Of a stretch of 64,000 nucleotides of DNA, positions 1 through 13,723 are shown piece after piece; position 1 is the first letter of the stretch; the number at the start of each line of letters is the position of its first letter. The DNA lies in NCBI GenBank assembly GCA_012295275.1, contig CM022672.1:806001-870000 (forward strand), in the 5' to 3' direction. Made by a program: the position numbers and the translations under genes. Origin of the DNA: Chrysomallon squamiferum (lineage: Eukaryota; Animalia; Mollusca). The notes under the pieces are model-generated. The model saw only the letters and a program-made list of their open reading frames with translations, ran no database searches and was not told the origin of the DNA.

Positions 1-210
1 GAGGGATATCTGCAGCTTTTTTTTCTTTTTTATTATCAATCTTATAATATCTTTGCGAACTGCACGTAGCTGCTAATGAAAATCTTCTTGTCCCGACATT
101 ACAATATTGCGAATTCGATATTTTATATTCGATTCTAACAAGTCTACCAACACATTTGTTATTAAATATTTGTCTACACGATTTTACATAAAGCGACATT
201 ATGAGAGTTT

Positions 211-211
<1 letters not shown>

Positions 212-270
<59 letters not shown>
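212..270. repeat. (AAT)n microsatellite
   Basis: Perfect ataata run upstream of SLU7. Confidence 0.95.
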
Positions 271-1447
271 TTGTTTAATGTAACACAGTTCTAAAAAACA
301 GTAAACAAATCACTTGACTTTCGTTTTGACAAAATGTGCGATCGATTGGTTACAAAATTTGCTTATTATCGTTGTTAAAATATAATGACAAGCGTAACGG
401 TTATAAAAATACAGTTTTTACACAATAACATTATCAAACATCATTAAAAACATCTTTATTTTAATTATTCTTCCTGTACATTATATAATTTTTGTGTATT
501 TATTTTATAACATATTGAAATATTTATTCAGTTTATGATATACTTGATGACATACGTGATGAAAATATTATTTGTTCCTTGATATAGGGGACAAATTATA
601 TCCGGTGAAAAAGACAAATGTATAACCATGTTATTAACTGTGCAGCGCTTTAATTATTATTATTTTTTTAAATAGGAACGATTGAGTTTATAATCTGTTA
701 AGCAATTTATCTTTATTATTGATTGTTAACTCATATTAAATTGTGTACCATTTCATTATATGTTTGTTTGCAAGAATGAGCGATAAATTAATTCACTATA
801 TTATAGTAACTGATTACAAATTAGTTTTACACCGGTTTGGATACAAAACGTAATGAAAACATTTATAGAAGTAAGTTACTTAATCTTTATCAGGCTTGCT
901 AGGTTTATTTAATACTATTTAGTGTTCGTCTACGTCACAGTGAAATTAACCTTTTTGGCTATATTACTATACCTCTACACAATGTAATGATAATTTTGAA
1001 CAATAATATATCCGAAACATTAAATTTAATAATTTCTAAATTTGTTATTCCGATATCCCCGTCATATTCATATTGATATTCGTAATCAGTTGCCAGAATT
1101 CTCTGAATTGGTATTAATATGCTACTGTTATATAGACTACAAATGCGAAATGCAACATTTAGTATTTATAAATTTCTTTTCCTTTTGATCTGTTGATCTG
1201 GGGTTTGTTCTGAAATATATTATGCAGTAAATAAATAATCCATTTTGTGAAATAATGATCATAATAATATAGAATAATGTTTATATCATTACAATCCATT
1301 ACAGTTTTGCATCAGCATTATCAAGTACTGAAGTAGACAGTAATTTCGAATTATATTTTTCCATAAGGTTTAAGGTTATAAACATAATTACAATAGATTA
1401 TCAAATATATTTCAGAATTAAAAGGCGACTGTTAAATATTATTCATC

Positions 1448-4400
1448 ATGACGTTTCAACTGAATTTGCCACCGTCTGCGGTGGCAAAACTTGTCAAGTC
1501 TCAAGAATGTACAGACGAACCAAAGAAACAGTCTCGAGAAGACTGGAGGAAAATGAAGGAGCTGGAGGAGATGAGGAAAGCAGGAACTGCTGAGGCCATG
1601 AAGGATGAAGAGGGCAAGTAAGTTGGTTTCTATGGCTATTGCATCCGTTATATATCTGCCTTTAGACAGTAATTACACAGGAATAGTTACACATTGTTAC
1701 ACATACAAACACACAAATACATATACACATACAGACATGTATACACAAAATTAAACATATAAACACATACACAAATACTTACAAACACAAACATATACAA
1801 GAAACACACACACACATTCATGGATGTATCCACATAAATACATCCATTTTGTGTTTCAACTTCAACATTTAATATAAAAACCTTTTGTATTACTGACAAA
1901 AATAAGTACATCTGAACTGAGATATGTTAGCTTAGATTTCTTGGATTTTAAATTTAAATTTTTTTTTTGTGTGTTTCAGAGACATCAATCCACACATACC
2001 TCAGTACATCATGCAGGCACCATGGTACTATGGCGCTACAACACCAACATTGCGCCATCAGCGGCCTCTGAGCAGTAAAGAACAACAAGCAAAATATGAT
2101 CAGACTTTTCAAAAAAGGAATTAAAGAGGTGAGTTCATTATCAGGGACAGATGTAGATGCATTAACATGGGAGATTTAACTGGCAGAATTATGAAATAAA
2201 AGTGAAAATTGACATTTTATTATATTATAAATATTTGTTGTTTTAAATTGTTTAAATTTATTTTAACAGTAAATGCAGTAGTGTAAAGTGTCTGCAGAAA
2301 CTCAGAAATCCACCGTTTTTAAAATATATTTCTAGACCTCAAAAACAATCTCACACATTTTTGTAAATTTATAAAACAGAACCTGATATTAAAATGACAG
2401 AAAACAACTGTTTTACAGTAAACTGAATTAACAATAATTCTCTGTTGTAGCATCAGTTCTGGCTGATGTATTACAGCTATTACAACTATTACAGTAACTC
2501 CACATTGTGGAAATCTCAGTTTGACATTCACATTAATAACAGTTTGTTAGACATACATATTATTTTGTGTGGGAGAAGTTTCGTGATAATTTTGAAGTTT
2601 GACACCGTGTATATTATTCTGTTTGTATTAAAAACAAAAATGTGTTTATCTGCAGGGTTCCACTGCTACGAGGTACAGAAAGGGAGCCTGTGAAAACTGT
2701 GGTTCCATAACTCACAAGAAAAAAGACTGTCTGGAGGTATTCGGTCTGCTTTCATTTGTTTACTGATTTAAATAACAAGTAGCTTAAGTCTTATTGTGTA
2801 TCATCAATGTTTTGTTTGTAACAATTTGATCTTCATGCAGATGATTGTATGCATAACTATATCAGTGTTCCTTAACTTGAGCTGAAGTAGCATGGTAAAC
2901 TTTAACTTAGGTTGCCTTTGTTGAGTATGCATGTTTAAATGTGCTATATCTGTATCTGTTGTTTCTTTCAGAGGCCAAGAAAAATAGGTGCAAAATTTAC
3001 AGGTGACAGCATAGCACCTGATGAGTACATTCCACCTGAGATAGGTAACGACTATGATGAGAAACGAGACAGGTGGAACAACTGTGACCTGGAGGAACAT
3101 CAAGCAAATCTCTTCAGTGAATACGAGAAAATTGAAGGAGTACGTAGACGTTTTCTCTCAAATACATTTACATCTTTTAGCAGCCAGGGTGGATAACTCT
3201 GTTTTAAATTTGTTTGTTTTAAACTGTCAGGAGTAATTCTCATCACAGATTTACAACCTAATTTCTGTATAATTGTTGTAAATTATTATTTATTTATTTT
3301 TTATTCTTTTGTTCATATTATTTTATTATTTGTTCTTTATTTATTTATTGCATTTTTCTCTTGTTAATATCACATGTGTTTTATTAACTGAAAATTTAGT
3401 ACAAATTGAGATTTAAAGTTTTTTTGTTGTAGGCGAAGCGAGTATTGAAAGAAGTTAAACTTGAGCAGTCCCTGCTGGAAGGAAAAGCTGAAAAAGAGGT
3501 AGAATATTAATTTTTATTTACCAATGTTGTATAATATTTTTGTGACATTAACACATTAAAGATATTTTCAGAAAATAATTATAAAGACATTTTTTGAACT
3601 TTCTTCTTTGATGCTAGAACATAATCTGAAATGATTTCTTAGATTATTTCATTATTTATTGTCACTATTATAATTATTATTATTATTATTATTATTATTA
3701 TACAGTTGTTTTTTAATTTTAGAAAACAATTACAGGTTGCATCCAGGAAGAACGTGTTTTGAATGATAAAAGCAATCCAGTAATATAAAAAAAAAAATTA
3801 TTATTATTAATTGACTTATTTTAACACCTATAAAAACAATGTGTTTATTAAAGAAAAGTGATGTTGTGTTTTAGAAAGATGCTGACAGTGATAATGAAGA
3901 CAAATATGCTGAAGAGATGGACATGCCAGGACAGAAGTTTGAAACAAAACAGAGGATTACTGTGAGAAACCTCCGAATCAGAGAGGACACTGCAAAGGTT
4001 AGTGTGTGTCAAGTGATGTGACTGAAATCTGATAAACTAGAATGTTGATGTCTTGTAGTTTCATTTAAATCTGATAAATAATTAAAATATTTTCTGTCTT
4101 GAAATTTGATTAAAATCTGATAAATAAGAAATAAAATGTTTTTTATTTGTATATTGTAATTATTTGTAAATTGACTGAAATCTGAAAGATTCTTATATTA
4201 TTGTTAAAATGTCAGATTAAAGCAGATACCTATAAAATAATAAAGACTAAAATGTGACTAAAACTGAATTTGATATGGATTTAACAATTTTGTACCTTTA
4301 CCAACCACTGCAGTTATTTTTACCTCCCCATTTGCTGTACTAAACACTTAGCATTCGCATTAAATTATGTTTTGTGTAATGTTTATATTAGTCCAGTAGA

Positions 4401-7400
4401 ATGAATACCTGTATATTAGTAACTTTATTTCAACCACTAAAAGAAAAACAAAAGGTAGAACTGATGTATGTATTTTATGTTTCAGTATTTGTACAATCTG
4501 GACTTGAACTCAGCTTTCTATGATCCTAAAACAAGATCTATGAGAGAAAATCCATTCAAAAACAAAGGAGATGGACAAGAGTAAGTGTTTATATACTTAA
4601 CAATTTTTTTTAAAAAGAATCTGTTTAAATTGTCAGCTGGAGACACAAGACATTTTACTTTTAACAAATGTATTTTAGATTAGTGTTACATCAGGTGTTA
4701 CTCTGTTTTATGTTTTATATAGATAAACACTTAGAATACGAAGCTGTTGGTTATACATGATATATGAATATATAAAATTTTATTTTTATATTTTTTCTCA
4801 AGTCCATCCTTTCTAATCAAAATCTTTTGACGAGCTTTGTTTAACTGAATATATTTTATACAGTAATGTTTCATTGCTTGTAACAGAAATTATTAATTAA
4901 AGATTGCCATATTTAAAAATTTCAGTGTTGAGTATGGGGGAGACAACTTTGTGAGAGGATCAGGAGATGCAGCAGACATGGCAAAAGAGCAACGTGAGTT
5001 TATTAATTTACAAGACAAAAACAACAGTTTTTTTTCAAATATGCTTTTGTTATATATTTTCAAAACCATCTTCAGTTAACAATATGGTGTAAAGAAATGG
5101 TTTTCTTTTTTATCACAGTCAAGTAACTGTAATGACACAGAGATGTGATGTGTTTTATTATTGAGATGTTTGTTAATAGCTCAGAGGTGTCATGATATAT
5201 TTGTTGTTTTCAATATTCAGTGTTTGCATGGGAGGCATTTGAACGGGGAACTGACGTCCACCTCCAGGCTGACCCCACCAAGCTGGAGCTGCTGCACAAA
5301 GAATACCACCAGCGCAAGCAGCAGTTCAAGCAGTCAGTGAAGGGTAACATCCTGCAGAAGTACGGGGGTGAGGAGCACCTGGAGGCCCCACCCAAAGAGT
5401 TGTTGTTAGCACAGACTGTGAGTCAGCTTTCAGTTTTGTTTTCTAGTCTAGTAAATCTACTACTACTGTTCTTCTACAACCATTATGTCTACCACCACTA
5501 CTGCACTACTATTACTGCTACTGCTACAATTACAACAACCACTACTTCTGTACTTCCACCACCACTACTGCTACTATTGCTGCTGCAACTACTACTACAC
5601 TCCTACCACCACTACTCAACTACTACTTCTATGACAACTACTAGGACTATACTTCTACCACCACTACTCTACAGTCTACTACTACTTCTACTACTACTGT
5701 TTTATAATACTAGTATTGCCAATAAAACTGCTACTACTACTATTTTATAATACTAGTATCGCCAATAAAACTGCTACTACTACTGTTTTATAATACTAGT
5801 ATCGCCAATAAAACTGCTACTACTACTGTTTTATAATACTAGTATCGCCAATAAAACTGCTACTACCACTGTTTTATAATACTAGTATTGCCAATAAAAC
5901 TGCTACTACCACTGTTTTATAATACTAGTATTGCCAATAAAACTGCTACTACCACTGTTTTATAATACTAGTATTGCCAATAAAACTGCTACTACCACTG
6001 TTTTATAATACTAGTATTGCCAATAAAACTGCTACTACCACTGTTTTATAATACTAGTATTGCCAATAAAACTGCTACTACCACTGTTTTATAATACTAG
6101 TATTTTAAAACTGCTACTACCACTGTTTTATAATACTAGTATTGCCAATAAAACTGCTACTACCACTATTTTATAATACTAGTATTGCCAATAAAACTGC
6201 TACTACCACTATTTTATAATACTAGTATTGCCAATAAAACTGCTACTACCACTATTTTATAATACTAGTAGTATTGCCAATAAAACTGCTACTACCACTG
6301 TTTTATAATACTAGTATTGCCAATAAAACTGGTACCACTGTTTTATAATACTAGTATTCCAATTGCTACTACCACTATTTTTAAAAACTACTACTATCAT
6401 TATACTTCATTTATTCTCTTATTCCATTGTTAAAATTATTCTGTGTTTTTTGTTTGTTGTGTTAAACACTGAGTTTTCTGTGCAGGAGGATTATGTGGAG
6501 TACTCAAGACATGGGTCAATTATTAAAGGAAGAGAAAAAGCCAAAGTGTTGTCCAGATATGAAGAAGACATTTACCCCAGTAACCATACAGTGAGTGTCC
6601 ATCTGTTCGTTAGTCTATCTGTCTGTCTCTGTGTACATCACAGTAATCATAAATAATAAGAATTAAAAATAATAATTATTCCAGTGATCTCATAGTATTT
6701 GTATCAGTGTTAAAAGATTTGTTAGTAACAATGAGGAAAATTGTGTCCTAAATGTTATATATTTATCATTAGCATAGATTAAATGACCAAAAGCCAGGAA
6801 CATTATAAAGTGTAATCGTGAAAAAAGAAAAAGAAAGAAATTTAGTAGTAATAATAATAATAATAATAAATAAATTATTTAGGTAATTTATTTGGTAATC
6901 AAGAAAAAAAAAAAAATATATATATAGTAGTAATAATAATAATAATAATAATAACAATAAATAAATAAATTATTTAGGTAATTTATTTGATAGACTTTAG
7001 CATAATTTAAAAATAATAAAAAAGAGAGAAGAAATATAGTATATTTAATGTACATATTAATGACTGGTTGTGTTTCAGAGTGTGTGGGGTTCGTACTGGA
7101 GGGATGGACTGTGGGGGTTCAAGTGTTGTCACTCTTTGATCAAAGGTTCCTACTGTACAGGCGAAGCAGGAATACAGGCTCAGGAGGTAAGAACAAAAAC
7201 AGTATATGAACTAGCCTATTTCCCTGGTTAATTTATAACTGGTTTTTATTTTTGGAATATAAAATGAATACAGTGAAATGCTGAAATTTAGGTGAAACAA
7301 TTAAAAAAACTAGGAGTCATTCTAGTAGATTTCATGGAGAGTATTAATAATAATTCTTACAGATACCTGCTCATTTCCAGATATAATAAAACTGATGTTT

Positions 7401-9417
7401 GATTGTCACAATAATTTATTTAATTTTAGTTTGTTCAACAAACCTGAAAAAAAAAAAGAAGCTATATTGTAATTTTTTAAATTAAAATAGATATAATTGG
7501 AATGGTGATTTAATTTTATTTTTTACTTCAGAGTAATATGTTCTTCAAGATGATTAAATTACTGTTTATATAGAATTTTTGTCAGATATATGTCATCAAC
7601 ACACTGAATGAGATTTCCAATTACAGGTAATATGGCTGTGAAAATAATATTATTATTTTTTTTTTTATTTACAGGTAAATCAGGGTGTCAAGGTAATTTT
7701 GTTGTCTCTTTTAAATTAAATATAATTCAGGTGAATATCATTTTTCAACTAACTTAATTATTTTATTTACAGGTAGATCTATGTGATCAGAATGTTTAAT
7801 TATTTTCTAAAATACAGATATATGCACTGCTCACAGTGGTTTATTATATTTCTCTTTTCTTTTCTGTTGTCATGGTGATTTTTTAAAATTTACTGTTGAT
7901 ATTGTCATGGTAATTTTATTATAACTAATTATAGGTAGACGAAGATCTATTGGCAATTGATCAAGGAAATAAAGAAGAAAAATCTTCATCTGAAGAAGTA
8001 AGTAACTTGCTTATATTTACATATGTGACTCTACCAGCAGGAATAAGTCTGATGACTGCTAATTCCAGTTCTCAGAGTAGCAGTACAACTCTGTTTATGG
8101 GAGATAGGAACCAATATTGCCTATAGTTACCAGTTAATAGCTTTTGTAGTAACATTTTCATTTTAGTTATTGATAAAAAAAAAAAAGTAATTCACAGTTT
8201 TCTGAATGAATGAAAGATTGGAGACTCTGTATGTAAATATTTCAATGTTTTGTAGGAGATTGAAGAAATCGAAATAGAAAAGAAGAAGAAGAAAAAGAAG
8301 AAGAAACAGAAGAAGAGAAAGAAGAAGCACAAGAAGAGAGTGAGTTCTAGTGAGAGCAGTGAGTCAGATGACAGTGACCCAGAACAAGTAGAACAAAGAA
8401 AACTGAAAAAGGTGAGTAGTTTTTAAAACTGATTTCTCAACCAAAAACAGTGTCACATCATTGCATCACATCGGGGATGAACTGAATAACTTCTAGTCAG
8501 TTGTTTAAAAAATATATAACACTTAGCAAACACTAAAATAAAATGTCAGTGATTTTCTTGTGTTAAATATTTCATTTTGAAAACAAATAATACTGTTTCT
8601 GTCATTCTCTGATGTTTGTTTGCTGAATAGTAACCAGTGAATAAAGGTTTTAAAAATTTGTTTAACAGCTGCAGTTTTTATATCAGTGTTTGTGTAGAGT
8701 TGAATATTTCATTTTTTTAGCAAATAAATCAGTGTTTGTTTAGAGTTAAATATTTCATTTTGTGAACAAATAAATCAGTTTGTCTAGAGTTAAATATTTC
8801 ATTTTGTGAATAAATAAATCAGTTTTTGTCTAGTTAAATATTTCATTTTGTGAACAAATAAATCAGTTTTTGTCTAGTTAAATATTAAATTTTGTGAACA
8901 AATAAATCAGTTTTTGTCTAGTTAAATATTTCATTTTGTTAACAAATAAATCAGTTTTTGTCTAGAGTTAAATATTTCATTTTGTGAACAAACAAATCAG
9001 TTTTTGTCACTCCTTGATGCTGAGGGATAAAAACCTTACATACAAACATTCTTAGACAAAACACAGACACGAAAACAACTGAATTTGTATTCTTAAAACT
9101 ATTATTACTGATGTGATTTGTTTGTTTATTTATTATTATTGTTATTATTATTGTTACTGTTACTATTATTATTATTATTATTATTATTACTATTATTATT
9201 ATTATTACTATTATTATTATTGTTATTATCATCAAAGGCACTGGAGAAGGAGACACAGTATCAGAAAGAAATGGACCAGGTGTTGGCAATGGATGAGAGG
9301 AAACGTAAATACAACAGCATGTACGAAGCAAGGGCACCCACAGAGGAGGAGATGGAGGCGTTCCGTATGAAACGTAGTCGGGTAGATGACCCCATGGCCG
9401 ACTTCCTGTCAAAATAA
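1448..9417 (+). CDS. SLU7: Pre-mRNA-splicing factor SLU7 (14 coding exons, ~575 aa if one extra base in exon 2 is removed)
   Basis: Exons 1448-1617, 1980-2128, 2656-2736, 2972-3139, 3433-3498, 3875-3997, 4486-4580, 4926-4993, 5221-5417, 6486-6590, 7079-7186, 7935-7997, 8256-8411, 9238-9417, all GT-AG. The translation has the SLU7 hallmarks [26 protein letters not shown], zinc knuckle [91 protein letters not shown], a Lys-rich tract and the C-terminus [12 protein letters not shown]...[21 protein letters not shown]. Phases are consistent except for +1 nt at 2106-2116. Confidence 0.97.
5430..5697. repeat. Degenerate (CTA/CCA)n low-complexity tract
   Basis: ctactactg/ccaccacta repeats directly after SLU7 exon 9. 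They explain the spurious tail of ORF 5220..5750. Confidence 0.85.
5698..6370. repeat. 43-bp minisatellite, ~15 copies, SLU7 intron 9
   Basis: Unit tgttttataatactagtattgccaataaaactgctactaccac. Confidence 0.95.
8690..9008. repeat. ~42-45-bp minisatellite, ~7 copies, SLU7 intron 13
   Basis: Unit gttaaatatttcattttgtgaacaaataaatcagtttttgtcta(ga). Confidence 0.9.
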
Positions 9418-10080
9418 CATTACACTGCTGTTCTTAGTGTTTTGCTAGAAAATAATCTGTGACATTGTTTGACTTTATCATGTTAATACATAGAAAACAA
9501 CACAACAGACTGAGTCTTCAGTATTAACACATGTTTGTACATAACAGACTGAGTCTATAATATTTAAAGATTATTTTTATATAAATGAGACTGAGTATTG
9601 TGCAGAGCCTCACTGCATTTCGGGATTCTCACCTTCATTGGATAAAACTGATATTATAAGACAGTAACCACTTATTCTATATGGATATATGGATGGATGT
9701 AGTATGTGTTTATGTGTATGTGAAATTTTCAGTACATTGTCTCAAATGACTTTGGAAATAATACAGCTTTGTCTTTCTGTTTCCCATTCCAGTGAGAACT
9801 CTTTGATATCAAAGTCTCTGGAATGCACTGCCCTGTATTGGCAAAGAGTTAATAACAAATATTTTGCTGCTAATGAATAAGAATGGCTGATAAAGTCTGT
9901 TTTTTTTTTAGTCACTTCATACAAATCTGTCAGATGGTTTTTTAAAATAAAGACGTTTCTGTCAATAGGAGAAATTTCAAAATGCAATAATAATAATTAA
10001 ATATGTAACAAAATGTCACATTTCATTTGTAACTTTTTATTTATTATTATTATTTTATTTTTATTTTTTTAAATAAGGAC

Positions 10081-10184
10081 AATAAATTGTAAAAATGAAT
10101 TGTTTGACAGTATGCAAAAATTGTCAGCCATGTATCATCAGATTATTGTGTAATTGTTTTTACTTTGTATGATATGTAAATAAA
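10081..10184 (+). promoter_or_regulatory. Candidate SLU7 polyadenylation signals (AATAAA at 10081 and 10179)
   Basis: Canonical hexamers about 660-760 nt after the stop, followed by T-rich sequence. AATAAA is common in this AT-rich DNA, so support is weak. Confidence 0.35.
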
Positions 10185-10336
10185 CATTTGACTACCTTAA
10201 AAATGTTATTATTACATTACAGTTTATTTCTTGAGATGGGTTCATTTCCATTTAATGTTTCTCTTTATTCTTTAATTCTAAATTTTTTAATTTTTTTATT
10301 TATTTTGCTTTATCGTTTGTTTGTTTTCTTTTACAA

Positions 10337-10391
<55 letters not shown>

Positions 10392-12068
10392 TGAGGATTG
10401 CTGGTATCTGGGTTTGCCTGTGAAAACTTGTTTTATGAAACTACATGGACTTGGACATTATCAGAATGTTTCACCTGGTGTCCAATGCTAGTGTGTTAGT
10501 GTATTAGTTGTGAACAGAACTGCTATAAGTATCAGTAATTTGTGACTTCCAGACAAAGATGTAAGAGAGATTTAAGAATGCAGACATAGATGTGTATGTG
10601 AGATACTTAATATTTGGTGAAATGAGAGAGAACAAACCAGACATTCATGGCACCAATACAAGAAGATATTTTTAACATACATCCATAGACATCACAAATT
10701 GTATTTTCTTTTTATACAAACCAGTCATGAGACACTGGTTGGAATGTGAACTTGCCATACAGGTGCAAAACAAGGATACAAATTAAACATAAATGACAAA
10801 AAGATTTAAAAGTTGTTAAGTGCGATGATTAATCACATCCTGGGGTGTGTTGTACTTGCTTTGTCACACGCCCGTAAGATGTAAGTGAACTCAATCGGCA
10901 TGTGCAATTTCAGTTTATTATGGTAACAGTAAACTTTATGTACAAACCTGCTAGTGCATTCAAGAGTTAAACCTTTCCAGCAGAAATAAGCAACCACCTA
11001 AATAAAATTCCTAAATATCGCCTAGTCTTCAACAAGTGTAATCATTCATGTTGTAGTACATACATTTATGTTCACTGAAAATCGTTCGTTCTTTGCATAT
11101 AAAACGATACAAATTGCAGTCCTTTCTCCTTCACGTCTATATTTGCGTCTAAATTATATTAATGTTTATATAATTAAACTTTAAACAGCGAAATAAAAAA
11201 AGAAGGAATGTGAAATAAAATTTAACGATTTAATAATATTTATATTTACTTCCGAATCATTAAGCACGTATAGTTTTATTTTTCATGAATTTTAGACAAA
11301 ATTTATGTCATTAAAATAATATTTATGTATAATGTTCAGCAGGTTGAGAAGTGAGTCGAGTAGAGGATTTTGTTAACTTTATTCATTAGATCATTCACGA
11401 CATTCTAGAAATTCTTTGCCCGTTCACCTAAACGGTTTTGCTGTTGCTGCACATAAAACTTCCAGGGTTTTCTCTGCTTTCCAGTTGTTATGTTAATAAT
11501 TATATTACACAGCCATTAAATTATTAACCCAACAAAATATAAATAACGAAAGGTTTCAAAAATACAGAGGGTTATTTTTAAAGATACGTTATCTCAATAA
11601 ACAGTTTTGTAGCATGGTACAGATTTGCGTTTCGGGGTTAGGCACCCTAATGGATTTAAATACATTTAGTATTAAATTAGTTTCATGATTAAATCTGTGG
11701 CATTTATTTAATTTTTATAAATAAGTTACATGTTAGAGTACAGCTTTCGAATTTAAAATTATATGTAAATAAATATGTTTGTTTTCTTCTTTCTTCCTAA
11801 CTGTTGTTAACAAGGTGAACGTGTGTGTTCTCTCCGATTCAGTTCTTTGTGTTCATTTACCTGTCAGTTTTATTCTGAAAGTGATGAACAAACTGGTGAT
11901 CTGTGAAACGCGTTAATTTATTGGTCTGGTGAACCAACGTGCAAATAATCGATATAAGATAAAACTCACATTTATAATGACACAATAGCAGATAACATAC
12001 TGAAGTCCAGAATTTAATAAGCGAACTATTTGTTTAAATATGATATAGAGATAAAGAGAAATTACATT

Positions 12069-12071
<3 letters not shown>

Positions 12072-12161
<90 letters not shown>
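12072..12161. repeat. (CT)n microsatellite
   Basis: Direct reading. A similar tract lies at 13641-13720. Confidence 0.95.
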
Positions 12162-12164
<3 letters not shown>

Positions 12165-13043
12165 CACCCACGCTAACTTCTACTACTGCTGATACTTGTA
12201 CAACAAGACTGAACACTTGTGCTTGATGCTAATAACGATAATAGAATCAACAGTTACACCAACAACGATGATAAAAACAACGGTGACGCTAAGACGTTAA
12301 AATGATTATGATATCAATATAGCTAGGGATAGACAGAACAGGAAAATATAAAATAAATAATTGACACACTAATGTGAGGTATCGGAATAACTATATTTCG
12401 TGAAAAACACAGATTTTGTGAAATATTTACTTTTATGTCAACGATGTTCTTACTGTCCATGTAAATAAAAATGACAACGTTGTCCAGCATCGAAAGTAAC
12501 TAACTAAACAGTAAATGCTTATAAAGGTGGTGATTAATGTTCGCAATGATGCTGGCGTGGTGAAGATGACGATGATTAATGATTACAATGATGTTGATTA
12601 TGATGATTAGTGATGCATTACAAAAACAGTGGCAATAATGATGACAATGATGATGACAAGGATGTTTATTGATTCAAAGGTGTTGATGGTGAGGATGATG
12701 ATGATGATTAGTAAATACAAAGATGGTGGTTTATCAATGTTTATAACAATATTGGTGATGACAATCATAACGATCGTTAAACAGTAATGATGAATATGAG
12801 GTAATGACAGTTAAGAAATTATGTACATAATGATAATGTTCAGTAAATGATTATAAATGATAATGACAGCAATAATGATTATTAACAAGTGGTGAATTGC
12901 AAATATTAATTAAAGGTCATTAACGGAAACAGTGAAAGATAAGAACTATGTTTTGCTGGTAAATTTAAACAAATACCTGGCACAGGCAAATATTTGTTTT
13001 TACAACAGATGTGTACAGTAAATATTTCTTCATTCTGTTCTAC

Positions 13044-13079
<36 letters not shown>

Positions 13080-13639
13080 CCATTTTAATATTAATTTGAG
13101 ATAAAAACATAAATTGTTTCTAAATGTATTTTTGATGTTTCTTTTGCTTATCTAAATAAATATAACTGCTACACGTATACATTTATTTATTTATTTTTAT
13201 AACAAATGTGTAAATAAAAAAAATATATATTTTACTTGACACTTATTTCTTTTTTCTATGATATTATCTAGAATAAAAAAACATAAATTATTTCCTGGTG
13301 TGTGTTTTATGTTTATAGCTCAGCATCATTTAATGTCGCCGTTTAAAACATGTCACTTACAGATGGTTATTATTAATGTTGTTGTTCATCATCATATTTT
13401 CTTCTTTATCATAATCATCATCATCATCATCAACATCATCTTCTCCTTTATCTACATATTTTTATTACATAAAATACTGTAATATATCAGTACTTAACAA
13501 AACCGTCAACGCAGACACTATTAAACATATTTTAAATCATTAAGAGAAACCATTAAAAAGTCAACGTAAAATCATATCAGTGCGGCTTGTGTAATCAGTA
13601 CTTAGATTCTGCAGGGAAAGAGCGACTGAACAATGGCAC

Positions 13640-13723
<84 letters not shown>

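Noticed and set aside
3723-3753. Possible small SLU7 exon between exons 5 and 6
   Set aside because: The candidates are either 13 nt (frameshifting) or lack a credible donor.
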